Shown piece by piece: positions 1 to 13,779 of a stretch of 64,000 nt of DNA. Made by a program: the position numbers and the translations under genes. The stretch is from Vicugna vicugna (Eukaryota): contig MU057711.1 in NCBI GenBank assembly GCA_013265495.1, positions 1,302,001-1,366,000 on the forward strand. Reading direction: 5' to 3'. The notes under the pieces were generated by a model. It saw only the letters and a list, made by a program, of their open reading frames with translations, ran no database searches and was not told the origin of the DNA. Positions within the stretch are counted from its first letter, which is position 1. Every line of letters starts with the position of its first letter.

Positions 1-1214
1 ATAATCAACTCAGAGGTTTAGCTTTTCTCTTTTATTACACTAGGGGAAAAAGACAGCACCAGCTTAACTGCACCCCCACAATCCAACACACCTGCAAGTA
101 ATATAGCTCTAGATTTCCAAATCTTTTTTTTAAACTATTTTTCTTATTAAACTTGCTCTGGGTGAATCTCCATTGGCCTATTGATTTGAGTATTAGACTG
201 TGTATCAAAGATATGAAAATACAAATTGTTGTTTCAGAGAGAAATTACTATCTTTATATTGTTTCTGTCTCTTGGGTTCTGAATATTCCCTGGGGATATC
301 AGGCTGAATAGAATCGGAAGGAGGGTGTCTTCTTGGCAAGTGTGAAGTGAGTAGATTCTTTGGGTAGACTCTGAGCAACCCCTTGGTGTTTTTGGGGGTC
401 CCAGTAGCAGGTTGAAGGTTTTTCTACTTACGTATTTTTAAACCATTGATTTACATGGGGGGTTACATCAAGCTGTTTTCTGGATATATTGTTTCAGCAT
501 TTAAATTTTGGTGGTGGCTACTATGGGGGATCCTGTCCACTGGTTAACCACAGAGCTGAGAAGCCCCTTCAGCCATCTCTTCTACTGTCAGGGGGCTGTC
601 CATGTAATTGCCTTTGGCCAGTGCGAGATCAACTCCCAGATGATGGAAGAGCGAGGGGCAGAGGGGAAAGGAGATCACAATAGAGGGAGGAAGGAGCCAA
701 TAGCTGGTTGGTTTTCTGCTGGTTCTTAAAAGCAAGTAAAAGAGCTCTCAGGCAGAGCTGGAATTGTGTCTGTAAGAAAGTGCCAGTCCATGATGCTGTG
801 TTATTCTTTCTCCTTTATTTTCCCTGATTTACACTAGACCACTGTGTGTAGTGTGGCTGTGCAGATCATGGCCTGAAACAAGGTGCCTGGCTGATGGACA
901 CATGGACCAAAAATGTCGCTGATGCTTTGTTCCCCACCACACCATGTAGCCCTAGCTCAGAGCTGTGTCAGCCCTCACGAAGGAGTGCATTGTAAAATAA
1001 TTCCTTTTGTAATAGTTCTCCTAGCTGAGGTGCTTTAGATAATTTTTATAAAGACCCACTACATTCTGGGCAGCTGCTCTGAATTTACAATCCCACCTCT
1101 CATACCCAGACAGTTTGCTTTCATTCAGCCTTTGCAAAGTACCCAAACTGGGATGTTCCTTACTTCTTTCATGTCGATTTAATTCCTGCCAGTGTTTTGT
1201 TTTTTCTCCCCCAT

Positions 1215-2200
1215 CTCAGATACTGTATTTTTCATCTCTGGAAACTCAGTTTGGGTCTTTTTAAATTATCTGTGTTTGTCCTGAATATGTTTTTGTTTGT
1301 TTCTACCTTCTTGAGCATATGGAATATATGCGTGTTAAATATTTTCATGTCCTTGTCTACCACCTATATTATCTATGTAACTTTTGGATCTGTTTCTGTT
1401 GATTTTTCTTTTCGTCATTGGTTGCATTTTCCTGACTCTTTGCACATCTGATAATTTTAACAGAATGTCAGACACTGGGAATTTTACCTTGTGTGCTGAA
1501 GTTTTAAAATGTCCTTAAATATTTTTGAGCTTTGTTCTGAGACTTATTTAAATTCCATGCAAACAGTTCGATCCTGTTGAGACTTGCTTTACGCTTTGTT
1601 GGGCTTGGACCACAGAAGTCTGTAGCATAGAGCTCATTTGACCTTACAAATGAGGCAGTGTCCTTCTGAGTACTACACCTGATGCCCTGTGTTTTATGAG
1701 ATTTCTCTATTCTGGCTTTTAGGAACGTAAACTATTTTCAGTGCTGTTGGAGCTCTAGAAGTTATTCTTCTTGTTCATTTCCACGGGTTCTTTCCCCAGC
1801 CTTGGACTGTCTCCCTACATGTACATGCCGTGCAGTACTCTGCTGACTTCTAGAGGGAAAATCCCCAGAGTGCCCTCTGTGTAGATCGCCCCTCTGGGAT
1901 ATGCTGTCCTGAGAACCCTAGCTCTTTTGTCTACAATTATATCTCTTCGACTCAGAGAGACCACCAGGCTCTGCTTTGGGTGCCCCTCTCCCTGTGCCGC
2001 AACTTGGAAACTCAATTCAGGCAGTTCACCAGCAGTATAAGGGCTCGCTTTGTTTACTTCCCCTTTCTCGGGAATCCTGCACCACTTGTAATGCAATGTC
2101 TGAAAACCATTGTTTCCTACATTTTGTCTGGACTTTAAGTTGTTTAAGGTGGGAGGATAAATCTGGTCTCTGTTACTTTATCTTGGCCAGAAGCTAAAAT
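1215..2200 (-). mobile_element. Ancient L1 (L1MC/MD/ME-class) 5'-region fragment
   Basis: T-rich degenerate sequence with motifs typical of old L1 5' ends (tttttgagctttgttctgag, ccttctgagtact, ctgaaaaccattgtttc); no intact ORF. Confidence 0.6.
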
Positions 2201-2324
2201 GCCTCGTATCGGTTTATAAAGTGATTTTCTTTCATCCAAATATATATTGCTTTTAACAAATCGAAGTACCTTTTTTGTTTGTTTGTTTGGACAACAACCA
2301 GGTGGATTCAGTAGGACAGATATT

Positions 2325-2455
2325 AAATATTCATTTTAAAGGTAGAAGAACTGAGGGCCAGAGAGTTCAAAGGGCCTTTCCAGGAAGATCATGCAGCAGG
2401 TGAGTGACAGAGCTGGTACCCAGAACCCAAGACCCTCACATGCTTGTGACCTGGA
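2325..2455 (-). mobile_element. MIR SINE fragment
   Basis: gaactgagggccagagagtt...gtgacagagctgg...gaaccca resembles the reverse MIR core. Confidence 0.6.
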
Positions 2456-2721
2456 CACTGTGCATCTCTCCACCTCTTCAGGTCCCGTTCACTACCCACC
2501 TCCCAGGATACCTAGCCCCAATTACCCCAGATAAGCAATGCATCAATCATGCTTATAATTTTGGAGATCAAATTTCTCAGTTATCTTCTCTGGGGCTCAA
2601 TAAATATTTGTTGAATGAGCAGAAAAGACAAGTTCCCAGGGACAAACTCTTTGATCTCCAGGGGTCCATGGCGAGGTTTTCTCGGACATATGAGCTAGTG
2701 TTCCTGCTGTCCCATGTGTGT

Positions 2722-3200
2722 CATGAGGACTCTCAGACACAAGTGACAGACAACCCAACTTAAATTGGTTAAAGCCAAAAAGGGACTTTATTGTTACCTG
2801 ATTGGGTTGGCTTCAGGCATGGCTGACTTCAGCTGCTCAAATGCTCATTGCTCATATCCCAGCTCTGCCCTCCTGCATGGGCTTCACCCTTATGAGGAAG
2901 GTGGGTTCACCTCATGAGGAACCAAAATAGCTGCTGTCAGTCATGGGCCCACTTCTGTGGAAAGAGAACTTCCACTTCCAATAATCCCATCAAAAGTTTC
3001 AGACTTTACCCATATTGGGCTAGTTGAGATCTTCGGCTCACCCCTGAATGGATCTCTGTGGCCAGGGGGATGGGATGTGGTAATGAGTTAAGCCTGGGTT
3101 AAATGCCCACCTGTGATATTAGTGTTAGCCACACCTGAGCCACATGGATGGAGGGTGGGGAATGGATCCTTCTCTAGAGGCCAGTTGGCACTACCTAAGA
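2722..3200 (-). mobile_element. Old MaLR LTR (MLT1J/K/L-like)
   Basis: aggactctcag..caagtgacagacaacccaacttaaattgg..aaaagggactttattg start typical of reverse MLT1 LTRs. Confidence 0.55.
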
Positions 3201-4049
3201 CTTTCTCTGATAAGAAATGCTTTCTAAGTGTTCCTAGAACCATATGACTGAGTGAGACCTCTTTGGATAGACTTCTAAGGCCCAAGGAAGGGAAAACCCA
3301 GAGGAGAAAGTATATTCCTGGAGGAATTGATATCCATTTCTGGGCTCCTGCCTGTCCACACGTAGGATGAAATCAGACATTTTATAAGCCAGCCAAGACT
3401 TCATGTATCTCACGCACTCATGGAGGTGATAGTATAGGGTTGAACGAGACAAGAAAATGCTCAGGCAATTCATTTATTCATAATCTATGTGCAGAGAGCT
3501 GACCACTTGCCAGGCACCACTTTTAGGGCTGTGCTTGGCTGGGTCTGCCCAGGATGGGCAATGAGCCCCACTGGACAACAGGCTTGGGAAGCACAGCTTA
3601 GGGGGCTTGAAGTTCTGGCCTAGAGAGAGGAGATGGCAGGCTTCCTACCTCAGGAGTCTTGGAAGAGACGTGAGTTCTTGTTAGCATTCTCCCAGCCTCC
3701 CGGACCCACTATAGCTCTGCAGCAAGGACATGATCATGTGCAATGATGTGGCTCAGCTCTGGGGTTCCTGGATGCTTGGGCACCTCCCTTGTTTCTACGG
3801 GGTGGTCTGCACTGAAGCCTGGGAGGTCAGAGCAGCAGGAATGACTCTTGCTTTAGTTCTTCATGCCTGGTGGCTTTGTAGCTCTGAAAACATCCTCCCC
3901 ACCACCCCCACTTAGTCGTTAAGGTCCAGCTCTAGTGCCAGCTCTTCCAGAAAGCCTCTCTGGATCCCCAGTTAAGCTCTTTCCTCCTATTTCCTGTACA
4001 ACTTTGACCACCTTCATGGCTTATTCCAAAGTCCTCATTGAAGTATTGG

Positions 4050-4350
4050 TGATAATGACAATAATAATGACCGATGATGACAACACAGGTACCATTTAGC
4101 AAACACGTACTGCCTGCCAAGGATTTTACATGTTTTATCCAATTTAATCCTCACCATGTCCCTGAGGTAAGCATTGCTGTTGCCTCATTTTGCTGAGAAG
4201 GAAACAGAAGCACCAAAACCTTAGAGGCTAGTTTGCTTGCTAAAGAAATGCATCTGATGTCTATGTCTGCCTCCTGGCTGCTCATAGGTTGAGACAAGCT
4301 GGAATTTTGAATCCAGACGTTCTGATTCCAGAGCCCTGCTTACAACCTCA
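4050..4350 (-). mobile_element. MIR SINE
   Basis: tttaatcctcacc..tgaggtaagc..gaaggaaacagaagc..tttgaatccagacgttctgattccagagccc. Confidence 0.7.
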
Positions 4351-4894
4351 TTGCCATCCTCTTAGATGAGATGATGCTTGTCTTCCCAAACAGCCCAAGT
4401 TCTGAAGGAAAGACCAAGGTCTTGCTCATCTTTTCATTCCCACAGTGCCCAGGATGTTGTGACTTGGCAAACCATCCCTGAATTGAGTGTCTGAAGCAGG
4501 AACTTATGCCCTGAGATAGAACTGGAGTTGTTTACATCAAAACCTCTCCTCTCCCAGGCTCCTCTTTTCTTGCATTGAAACTAATAGCTCATGTAAACAA
4601 TATTAATCTTTTGGAAGAGCCAGCTGCCTCAGCAGAGGGACTGCAAGGATCTCAGCTCAGGATCTCCCTGTCCAGGAGAGTTGGCTGCTGCACTTTGGCC
4701 CAGCGTGGCCCTTCTGCACCTCAAGTTGTTCACCATCCTTGGGACTAATGCTCTGTCACTGTTAGAAACAAGTCTCTGCTCTCAGTATCAGGGTCTGGGG
4801 GAAGGAGTTGGTGGGGTTCTCTCCAGGGCCAACCACCCAGGGGTGTGGGCTGGAGCCTAGAGGTCTTAAATCCACAGGCCCAGTTCATGAAAGG

Positions 4895-5415
4895 TTAAGG
4901 TGTGGGTTAGTGATGGAAACCCAACTCGAGATGGCTCAAGCACAAAGGATGAATTGTCTCATGTAAGCAGATGGCTCCAGAGGCTCGTGTGAAAAACTGC
5001 TCTCTCTCTGTCTCTCTGTACTTCTCCCTGGCTCTCTCCTTCCTTAGATTCTCTCCATGTGTTGACCTCAGTCTCTCCTAACACTGATGGGCTCTCTCCT
5101 TGCAGGGCAGGGAGAGTAGGCATTGCTTATCCAGCTCTGGGCTTAACATCATCTAATCAAAAGAAAGAGTGCTTCTCCAGCTATTCTTGGAGGAAAAAGA
5201 AATGTATGATGGTCTCTGGTTGACCCAGCTCTGGGCGCAAATCCAGCCCTGGGCAATGATTAGCCAGGCTTGTGTCATATACCCACTGTTTCGTCCATGG
5301 TGTAGTGCAGTGTGATTGGCAGCCCCTCTGGAGCACATAGAATGGAAAAAGTGGAATTCACCAATAGAAGCAGTTTGGGATGGAAGAGTTGTTGGGCAAA
5401 CCAAGCAACTAATAT
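4895..5415 (-). mobile_element. Old MaLR LTR (MLT1K/L-like)
   Basis: gatggaaacccaactcgagatggctcaagcacaaagg start; ctctggttgacccagctctggg and gttgttgggcaaaccaagcaac end. Confidence 0.5.
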
Positions 5416-5634
5416 TCCTTGTGAGGATTCTGGAGGTGCCACAGAGCTGGTGGTCCTAGTAAATGAGACATCAGTCCTGGGGTCTGAGCCTTCAGGCTGA
5501 GGTTGCTCTGAGAGCTGCCAAAGACCTTTTGCCTTTTTAGCAGCAGGACCTCTAGTCTGCCCTATCCTTCCACCTCCTGCCTACCGCTCAGTATATAAAG
5601 GACCTCAGTGTGAGAGGAAGCTGTTAGATTCAAG

Positions 5635-5790
5635 GTTTTTTTAAACTTTAATTGTTATTGAGATCATTGTAGATTCACATCCAGTTATAAGAAATCATTC
5701 AGAGGTCACTTGTACACTTTGCCAGGTTCCCCCAATGGTAACATCTTGCAATAATATCACAAGCAGAATATTGACATTGATACAAAAATG
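5635..5790 (-). mobile_element. L1 (L1MB/MC-like) 3' end fragment
   Basis: T-tract then gtagattcacat..gtacacttt..cccccaatggtaacatcttgca..tattgacattgataca. Confidence 0.7.
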
Positions 5791-6829
5791 AAATAAAGGC
5801 TCCAAAAGTTTGGCTTTCCCCATGTATTTTGTTTTGCTTTTTTTAAAACCTCCTCTCCATCTGGGAGCAAGAACTCAAAGGTGAGGAGAATATCCTGTGA
5901 TAACCAGTATGTAAAAATTCTAGACAGACTTGACCCAGGGTTTAAAACAAGCTGCATCCTGGGGTGGGAAGTCTAAGATGCAGCCAGCTTGTCAGGGACT
6001 TGAGGCCACACTAAGGAAATTTCCAGTGAGTGTCAACCCCAGGGCTTGGACCCCTTCCTCAAGGTGGGGTCCTTAACTTTCTTCTCACCTTCTTGGCAAT
6101 GACTGAAGAGCCATATCCCTTCTGCTGAGCATCTCCCAGGCAAGTGCCGGTTCTGAATCATCCCCTTTTGTGGTTCTTGCAGACAATTCCTTCAGCAGAC
6201 AGGGCTGAGCCCACATTTGATGGACCCACCCTGATGTCCCAGTGTCCTTCCACCAGAGATGATATTCAAAATATTTAATGACCTCTGTGGCAGGACCAGG
6301 TAATTAGAACGAATGCCATTCAGCTACAGCACTGGGGCCCTGCTCTGCGAAGTGTCAACCCTTCAGTTGTTGGGCTGTGGGGGGGTTTCGGGACTCTTAG
6401 AAGATGGCCCAGGGCAGCTTGAGTTACAGAGGGGCCCCTGGAGAAGTGCAAGGTAATAACTCTTTTACAATGAGTATGGAATTACTTTAGTGTCTTAACA
6501 ACCAATACAGCTCGAGCAGTGCATACCAGCTGGATGTCTGCCCACTTCTCTCATTATCCCAAGTACTCTTGATTGCTGGGTTGTAACCTCACTCATGTCA
6601 GGGGCCCTGTGTGCATCTTGGTTACCACTGGACGTAGTGTCTGGCACTGTGGAAATTGGTATATTCGTGGTAAGTTCTGTATCTGACAGGAAGCCACCTT
6701 TGATCACTTTGAGCAATAGAGATTTTTCTCCCTTCTCTTACCTCTTATGTAATGTAGACCAGACCAATGCATGAACAATAAGGAAGAACAAAGAGTAGGA
6801 AATCACAAGGTCCCAGGGCTGGGAGGTCT

Positions 6830-6895
6830 GCTTCCTTCTTCCTTCCTTCCTCCTTCCTTCCTTCCTTCCCTTTTTTCCAAAAAAAAAAAAAAAAA
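6830..6895. repeat. (CCTT)n microsatellite followed by poly(A) run
   Basis: Direct reading: cttccttcttccttccttcctccttccttccttccttccc then an A-run. Confidence 0.9.
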
Positions 6896-6897
6896 GC

Positions 6898-7800
6898 TTT
6901 GCTCTAAGCAGTGGAGATGGAGCAGCAAACCAGACAGACAAGATATATGCCCACATAGAACTCTTATTCTGGGAAAATAGAGCAAACCAGAAAGTTCAGG
7001 AGCTATCAAGGAAGTCTGCATGGATGAAGGGGGCTTGTAAAATGAGTAGGGCTTGGGTATTAGGAACAAAGGATAAGAGGACTAGGAAATGGAGCAATAA
7101 TTGGAGCACTAGATTGGAGGTGGGAGGGAGACCATGAGACCAGCTAGGTTGGCTGAGAGTGGTTTGCCTTTGGAGGTAGCAAGACATTGAAGGAGGTACA
7201 CACACCAGCAAGTTGTGGTTCTGGATTACCAGGAATCACAGTCCGGGGAGGAAGTGGGTGTATGGACCCCTGTCAGACAACATCATCTATACTCCAGCAG
7301 GACTAAGCATGGAGGGAGCTCTGGTGTGCATAGGGCAGAGGAAGGCCGGGGACAACAGAGCTGGAAGGGGAGGGGGGCCCCATTTTGGGATGGGCACTCA
7401 GTGCCCTGAAAACAAAGCAGAGCCATCTGTCATCAAAGATTTTTGAGCAAGGAAGTGACAGGTTCAGGGTGGTCTCTCCCAAGGAGGATTCAGAGGTACT
7501 GTGAGGAATGACTCGGGGGGCAGAGCCACGGGACACAGAGATCATGTGGGAGATCATTGAGGTAGTTCAGGTGAGAGACAGCGACAGCTGAGCTAGGGCT
7601 GTGGCTGTAGGATGAAAAGGCAGGGCTGGCTGCAGAGGCATTCAGAGCCACAGTGGGAGAGCCACTGTATGTAAGGGATGGGGTAGAGGGGTGAGTTGGG
7701 GGTGACCGCAATCTCTGGCTTGGGGAATGGAGTGAATAGTGATGACATAAACCAGGATTGGGACACTGGGTGCTCCACCAGTTTTGAGGTAACACAGGAA
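6898..7800 (-). mobile_element. Degenerate L2 LINE fragments
   Basis: ggagatggagcagcaaaccagacagacaag; gatttttgagcaaggaagtgacagg; gtagttcaggtgagagac. Confidence 0.55.
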
Positions 7801-8195
7801 GTAGTGACCTCTAACTGGGGTCCCCAACCTTTCCTCCCTGAGACTGTCTCTAGACAAACCCACACTTTATAGCTGCCTCATCCTGATGTCTCCAACCTAC
7901 CAGCACCAATTAATGTTATCAGTGGGACTGGGGAATTTTCACCCAAGATGTTACTTCTGCTGGGAGCATCTGGCAACATCTTTAATTTTATTTGGTTTCT
8001 TCTTTTTTTCCCGAGGAACATCCTGAAGGGAGCAGATGGCAATAAGAAAGGGCTGATCGATGCTAAGGAAAGTGGCCTGGTTTGCCCTTGAATTTGCAGG
8101 CTCCCGTTCTCTGCTCTTGAGAGTGGCTGTTAGAGGTGGGCTCCTAAGGCTGATTATCTGAGTGTCCCAAATATCTCCGGGGAGCTGGAGCTTAT

Positions 8196-8385
8196 TGTTT
8201 GGCTTGTTTACAGCTGTATTTCCAGACTTCAGTGCAGGACCAGGTCCACCGGAGGAAACTCTAAATGTTTGTTCATTTATTCAACAAATATTTATTGAGA
8301 GCCAACCAGGGCTAGGCACTTTTCTGAATATTGGGGATTCAGCAGTGAACAAAACAAACACAAATGTGAGCCCTCATGCAGTCTA
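8196..8385. mobile_element. Two L2 3' ends arranged tail-to-tail
   Basis: 8196-8272 resembles the L2 3' end on +; 8273-8385 (ttcaacaaatatttattgag..ggggattcagcagtgaacaaaac) is the L2 3' end on -. Confidence 0.65.
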
Positions 8386-9154
8386 CACTACAGTCATTTT
8401 GTTACCTGGCCATTGACAGTCACATTTCTGAAGGCTCCTTTCTGTCAGACAGGGCTGGGACAGTGGAACTCCTGTCCTCCTAGGGTTAATGATCAGTGGT
8501 AGCCCAGGGTTGCATCAGGTCTGCACATCAGTTAAGAGTCCTTGTTTACAAGCTGCAGGAACAGATGCAGGTTACCTCCAGCAAAGGGCAATTTATTGGA
8601 AGGCTATTAGGGAGGCGGGGAGGAGGCTGAGGGCACCTTCGGTTCCCTAGTGCCGGAACCATCTCCTGCATCGCCTTTCTCCCTGATTATGGACATGTGT
8701 TCATAAAATTAACCAATCTCAATACCGCTAAACCTTTGAACTGCTGGTCACGTAAAGTAATAAAATCTCCATATTAACTCAGAAGGCTGTAATTTGCAAC
8801 CGTGAGCAGGCTAACTGAAAAGAAGTCCTAGGACAAGGCTTAGACACGGGCAGGAGCCTGAAAGTTCAGGCAGATCGAGGAACAGGACACAGAAAAACTG
8901 TATCTCATGGCCAGAATTAATTACACTTCCACTCAGAACACCGAAATGGGAAAGCAAGATTTTCTCCATTAGAAACACACTTGTAATTAAGGCAGAAAAT
9001 TGATTCTGGGAGATGAAGTCGAGTAGCTGTGCCTGATACTCTATAAAGGGAAGTTGTGAAGGACCTGCCCTGTACTGTGAGTTGCTCTGAGCAATGCCTG
9101 CCCCCTTTGGAGACACAGTGTAGTGTGGTAGGAAGAAGGCTGAAATGAGAGGCT

Positions 9155-12100
9155 TAATTAAAAAAAAATTTACGTACAGTAAAACCACCACTTCCCTTTG
9201 GGGTGCACAATTCTATGAGTTTTAACACTCAGACACCACTGCCATCAAGATATGAAGCAGTTCTCTCGCCCCAGCAATTATGTCCTGCTGCCCACACGTG
9301 GTGTAACCTCAGCCTAACCTTATCGTTGGCCACCGCTGGTCTGCTCTCCATTCTACAGTTTTGCTTTTTCGTGTAAGTGTCATGTAAATGGAATCACAGT
9401 GTGCAATTCCTTTCACCCAAGATAGTGCCTGGGAGCCACAGTGTTGCATGCATCAATAATAGCTTATTTCTTTTTCACTGCTGAGTAGTATTCCACGGCA
9501 TGAATGTACCAATGTTTCTTTATCCATTCACTCACTGAAGAATATTAAGGTTGTTTCCAGTTTTGGAGTGATTCTAAACAAAGCTGCTATAAATGCTCAC
9601 ATACAGGATTTTTGTCTGAGGACAGGCTCTTATTTCTAGGAGTGGTATTGCTGGGTTATATGGTAGGTGTATATTTAATGATCAAACTCTTTTCCAGAGT
9701 GGCTGTACCATTTTGCTTTCCAACCAGCAACATATGAGTTCCAGTTGCTACACATCCTTGATAGCACTTGGTATTACCAGGGTTTGGAGTTTCTTTTTGA
9801 AAAAGCTATTCTCATAGGGGTATACTGATATTGCACTGTGGTTTTAATTTTCATTTTCCTAATAACTAATGATGTTGGTTGTCTTTTCATGTGCTTAATG
9901 GTCATAAACATATTTTCTTTGTGAAGTGTCTGTTCAAATATTTTGCCCTCTTTTAAACTGAGTTTTCATTTTCTTATTGTTGAGTTTGAGAGTTCTTTAT
10001 ACATTCTGGGTACAAGCACTTATGTAATTTGTAAATATTTTCTCTCAGTCTGTATCTTGGCTTCATTATCTTAACAGTGTCTTTTGCAGAGCAAAAGCTT
10101 TTAATTTTAATGAGGTCCAATTTATCTTTTTTTTTTCTTTTGTGCTTTTGGTGTCTAGTGTGAGATCTCTACATAACCCAAGGTCATAAAAAATTTTCCT
10201 ATTCATTCTTTAAAAATTTGTATAGTTTTGCATTTCATATTTAGGTCTGTGGTCTATTTTGAGTTAATTTTTGTGTAAGGTGTGAGGTGTACACCCATCT
10301 CCATCCCTCCCTCTCTACTTTCTTTTTTTTTTTTCATTTGTTCTGTCTTTTGGCATAGAGATATTCAATTGTTCTACATCACTCGTTGAAAGGCCTTTTC
10401 TTTCTCCACTGAATCACTTTTGCATCTTTGTCAAAAATCAATGAGCTGTATTTGTGTGGGTCCATCACTGACTCTCCATTCTGTTCCATTGATCATGTGC
10501 CTATCCTTCGGTCAATAAATGCCATACAATCCATAGTAGCTTTATAATGTCTTAAAATTGTATAGTATGAATTTTCCAATTTTGTTCTTTTTTTAAATTG
10601 ACTACTGTAGCACCTTTGTTTTCCTATATAAACTTTAAAATTGATCTGTCTATATCTACAATCCTACTGGGATTTGATTATAATTGTATTAAATATATAG
10701 ATCAGTTTGGGAGAGAATTATTGGTTTCTTAACTACGTTGAGTCTTACATTCCATGAGCACAGTATGTCTCTCCAATCATTTAGATTTTCTTTGAAATCT
10801 TTCATTAGTGCTTTGCAGGTTTCAGCATAAATATCTTGCACACATCTTTGTTAGATTTATATCTACTAAGCTACTTCCTCTTTTTTGGGGGGGGAGCTAT
10901 TGTATATATTATTTTTTTAATATTTCAGTTTCTAATTGCTCATTTCTGGATGTTTTACAAGTTGCCCTTGAATTTCATGATCTTGTTAAACTCACTTGTT
11001 ACTTCTAGGTTTTGTCTTTTATAGATTCCTTGGGGATTTTCTAAGCAGACAATCATATTATCCATGAACAGAGACTGTTTTATCTCTTCCTTTCCAATCT
11101 CTATGCCTTGTTTGGCTTTGGTGTGATTGCCTGGGTTAGGGTTTCCAGTGTAATGTTGAGTAGAAGTCCTGTGAGTGAACATCTTTTCCTTGTTCTCAAT
11201 TTTAGGATGAAAGCATGAATTTTTTTTCACCATCAAATATGATGTTAGCTGTAGATTTTTGTGGATGCTCTTTATCAGGTTAAAGAAGTTCCCTTCTATT
11301 CTTAATTTACAGAGAGTTTTTATCATGGACAGATGTTGTATTTTTTAAAATACTTTTGCTGTGTCAATTGATAGAACTATGAGATTTTTCTTCTTTCATC
11401 CTATTAATATGAAGATTGCAATGACTAATTTTCACATGTTGAGCCAGCTTTGCATTCCTGGGATAAATTGCATTTGGTTGTCATGTATTATTCTTTTCTT
11501 TGTGTGTGTGTGTTGCTGCATTCAATTTGCTAATATTTCGACGAGTTTTTTGTCTATATCATGAGGGATACTGGTCTGTAGTTTTCTTGTTACTTTTCCT
11601 GATTTTGATATCAAGGTAACATAAGTCTCATAAAATAAGTTGGGAAATATTCCTTCCTCTTCTATTCTCTGGAAGAGTTAGTGCAGAATCTTCTTTAAAT
11701 GTTTGGTAAAAGTCACAGGGAAACTATCTGAGCCTGGAATTTTCTTCTTCAAAAGGTTTTAAACTATAATTTCATTTTCCTATGGACAGACCTGTTCAGG
11801 GTATCTATTTTTGCTTGGGTGAGTTTAGTAGTTTGTGGCTTTCTAGGAATTAAGCAATTCCATCTAAGCTGTCAAATTTATGTATATAGGCTTGTTCATG
11901 CTATGCCTTCATTAAACTCAATGTTTGAATAGTCTGTGTGACTGTCTTCTCTTTCATTCCTAATAAAGGCATTTGTGTCTTTTCTATGTCTTTGAGAGTC
12001 TGGCTACTGGTTTGTCAATTTTATTGATATTTTTTAAAAAAAGCTTTTATTTTCATTGATTTCTCTATTTTCCTGTTTGTAATTTCATTGATTTCCACCC

Positions 12101-12445
12101 TCATCATTATTTTTGCCTTTCCTTTCACTTGCTTTGGGTTTATCTCCCTCTTTTCCTTTATTTTCTTTTTAGAGTAAAAAGCTAGGTTACTAATATGAGA
12201 CCTTTCTTTTTAAAAATATAAGCACTTAATGTTGCAATTTCTAAGCAATGCTTTATCTGCGTCCCATACATTTGACATGTTTTGTTTTATTTTTGTTCAA
12301 TTATTTCTTCAAACTATTTTCTAATTTCCCTTGAGATTTCCTTTTGACCCACAGATTATGTAGAAGTGTATTGTTTAATTTCCAAGTATTTGGGGATTTC
12401 TTCCAGATATCTTAGTAATCGATTTCTAGTTTAATTCCAAGATGT
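9155..12445 (-). mobile_element. Old L1 (L1MB/MC-class), 3'UTR plus decayed ORF2
   Basis: ORF 10955-11326 reads IKTLCKLRIEGNFFNLIKSI...IGKEEIKQSLFMDNMIVCLENP, a decayed RT FADD motif; L1 3'UTR motifs near 9170-9600. Confidence 0.9.
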
Positions 12446-12519
12446 TTAAGATTTGGGTCTCTTGTCCTACAGCTGGAGGTAGAAACTGGGGCTAATTTGG
12501 GAGGCTATCTTGATAACTG

Positions 12520-12720
12520 TAGCAAAAGCCTTAGAAATATTCATATACTTGGACCCAACATTTCCACTTCTTTGCCTATATCCTAAGGAAATATTCGTGA
12601 ATGCCTACAGAAGTTGGTGCCATCCTCCAAATGTGGAAAAACCTAAGTGGCAAACAATAGGGGACTAGTTAGCTCAATTACAGTAACCCAAACAATAAAA
12701 TGTTATGCAGCCATTGAAAC
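12520..12720 (+). mobile_element. L1ME-like fragment
   Basis: ttggacccaacatttccacttct..tatcctaaggaaata..aacctaagtggcaaacaataggggactagtt..tatgcagccattgaaa. Confidence 0.6.
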
Positions 12721-12789
12721 TTGTCCCAGGGAAGAATGTGGAGGGCGTGGGACAGCGCTGGTGATCCATAGTAAGTCCCTTGTTGTCTG

Positions 12790-12920
12790 TCCTCTTCCCA
12801 CTGGGACATAACCTCCGGGAGACAGCAGACTTTGCTTCTCTTTTTTATTGCTTTTTTTCCAGTGCCTGGCAGAGTACTTGACACATAAGAAATACTCAGA
12901 AATACTTAAACAAATAAACC
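12790..12920 (+). mobile_element. L2 3' end
   Basis: ccagtgcctggcagagtacttgacacataagaaatactcagaaatactt. Confidence 0.6.
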
Positions 12921-12959
12921 ATCAGGAAAAAGTTTATTTTATCATTACTATCTCATTAT

Positions 12960-13068
12960 TGTACTATATATTATATACACATAGAATATATAATAAGTTA
13001 TATATTATGCACATGTATATGTATATACTATATTTGTATGTATGTATGTATGTATGTATTCTACATAT
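12960..13068. repeat. TA-rich / (TATG)n simple repeat
   Basis: tatatattatatac...tgtatgtatgtatgtatgtatgta. Confidence 0.85.
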
Positions 13069-13779
13069 GAGACATCTGGTCCCTCTCATTCTATGTGAGT
13101 TTCATTCTTGCTCCTACTCTGCCGTCTGGTGATGAACATGTCCCCCTTTGCCCTGTGACTCTCTCCGGATCCATTTCACCCTGCTGCTCCTCTATGCTTG
13201 TGCAGCATGTCCTGTTTGGGGGGTGTTGACAGTCATCACTTTTGATCACTAATTATCACAATGTCATCACAAGTGGTAGTTACAAGTCACCTCATTTTCC
13301 TGAAGGACAAGCGTGGACAAATATAACTTTCACCTCAACGCCCAAGATGAGTTAATGGCAAGGTGGCGGGGGGGTGTCTCAGGCTAGGATACCTTACTCC
13401 CCAACCAGCGAACTTCCTTTCCAATGCCCCATCCCAGGAGCAGCCCTGTCCTTCTAGAGATCATGACTCTGAGGCATCTGGGGCCCAAGATTCCACCCAA
13501 GGCCGTGAGCCCCTCATCAGAACTGTCTGGGTTTTCAGCATCACATGAAATGCCACAGCGGCCTTGCATTCTGGCTGGCTCTTACATTTCCCAAATACCA
13601 AAAGGGCACAGTCTGCCATGGCAACTAACAGTCTGAGAAATGTAATTGCTTTTTAAAAAATATTGGGCAACTGGGCCACTTGTGTTTTGCCATTTTCTCG
13701 CTTTTAGAAAAACAACACAAAATCCTACAAGATACACCCAAAACCCCTCAGCAGGCTTCAGTGGAAATAAAAGGGGTTT

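Noticed and set aside
6240..6335. Possible short DNA-transposon remnant
   Set aside because: Too degenerate to assign to a family with confidence.
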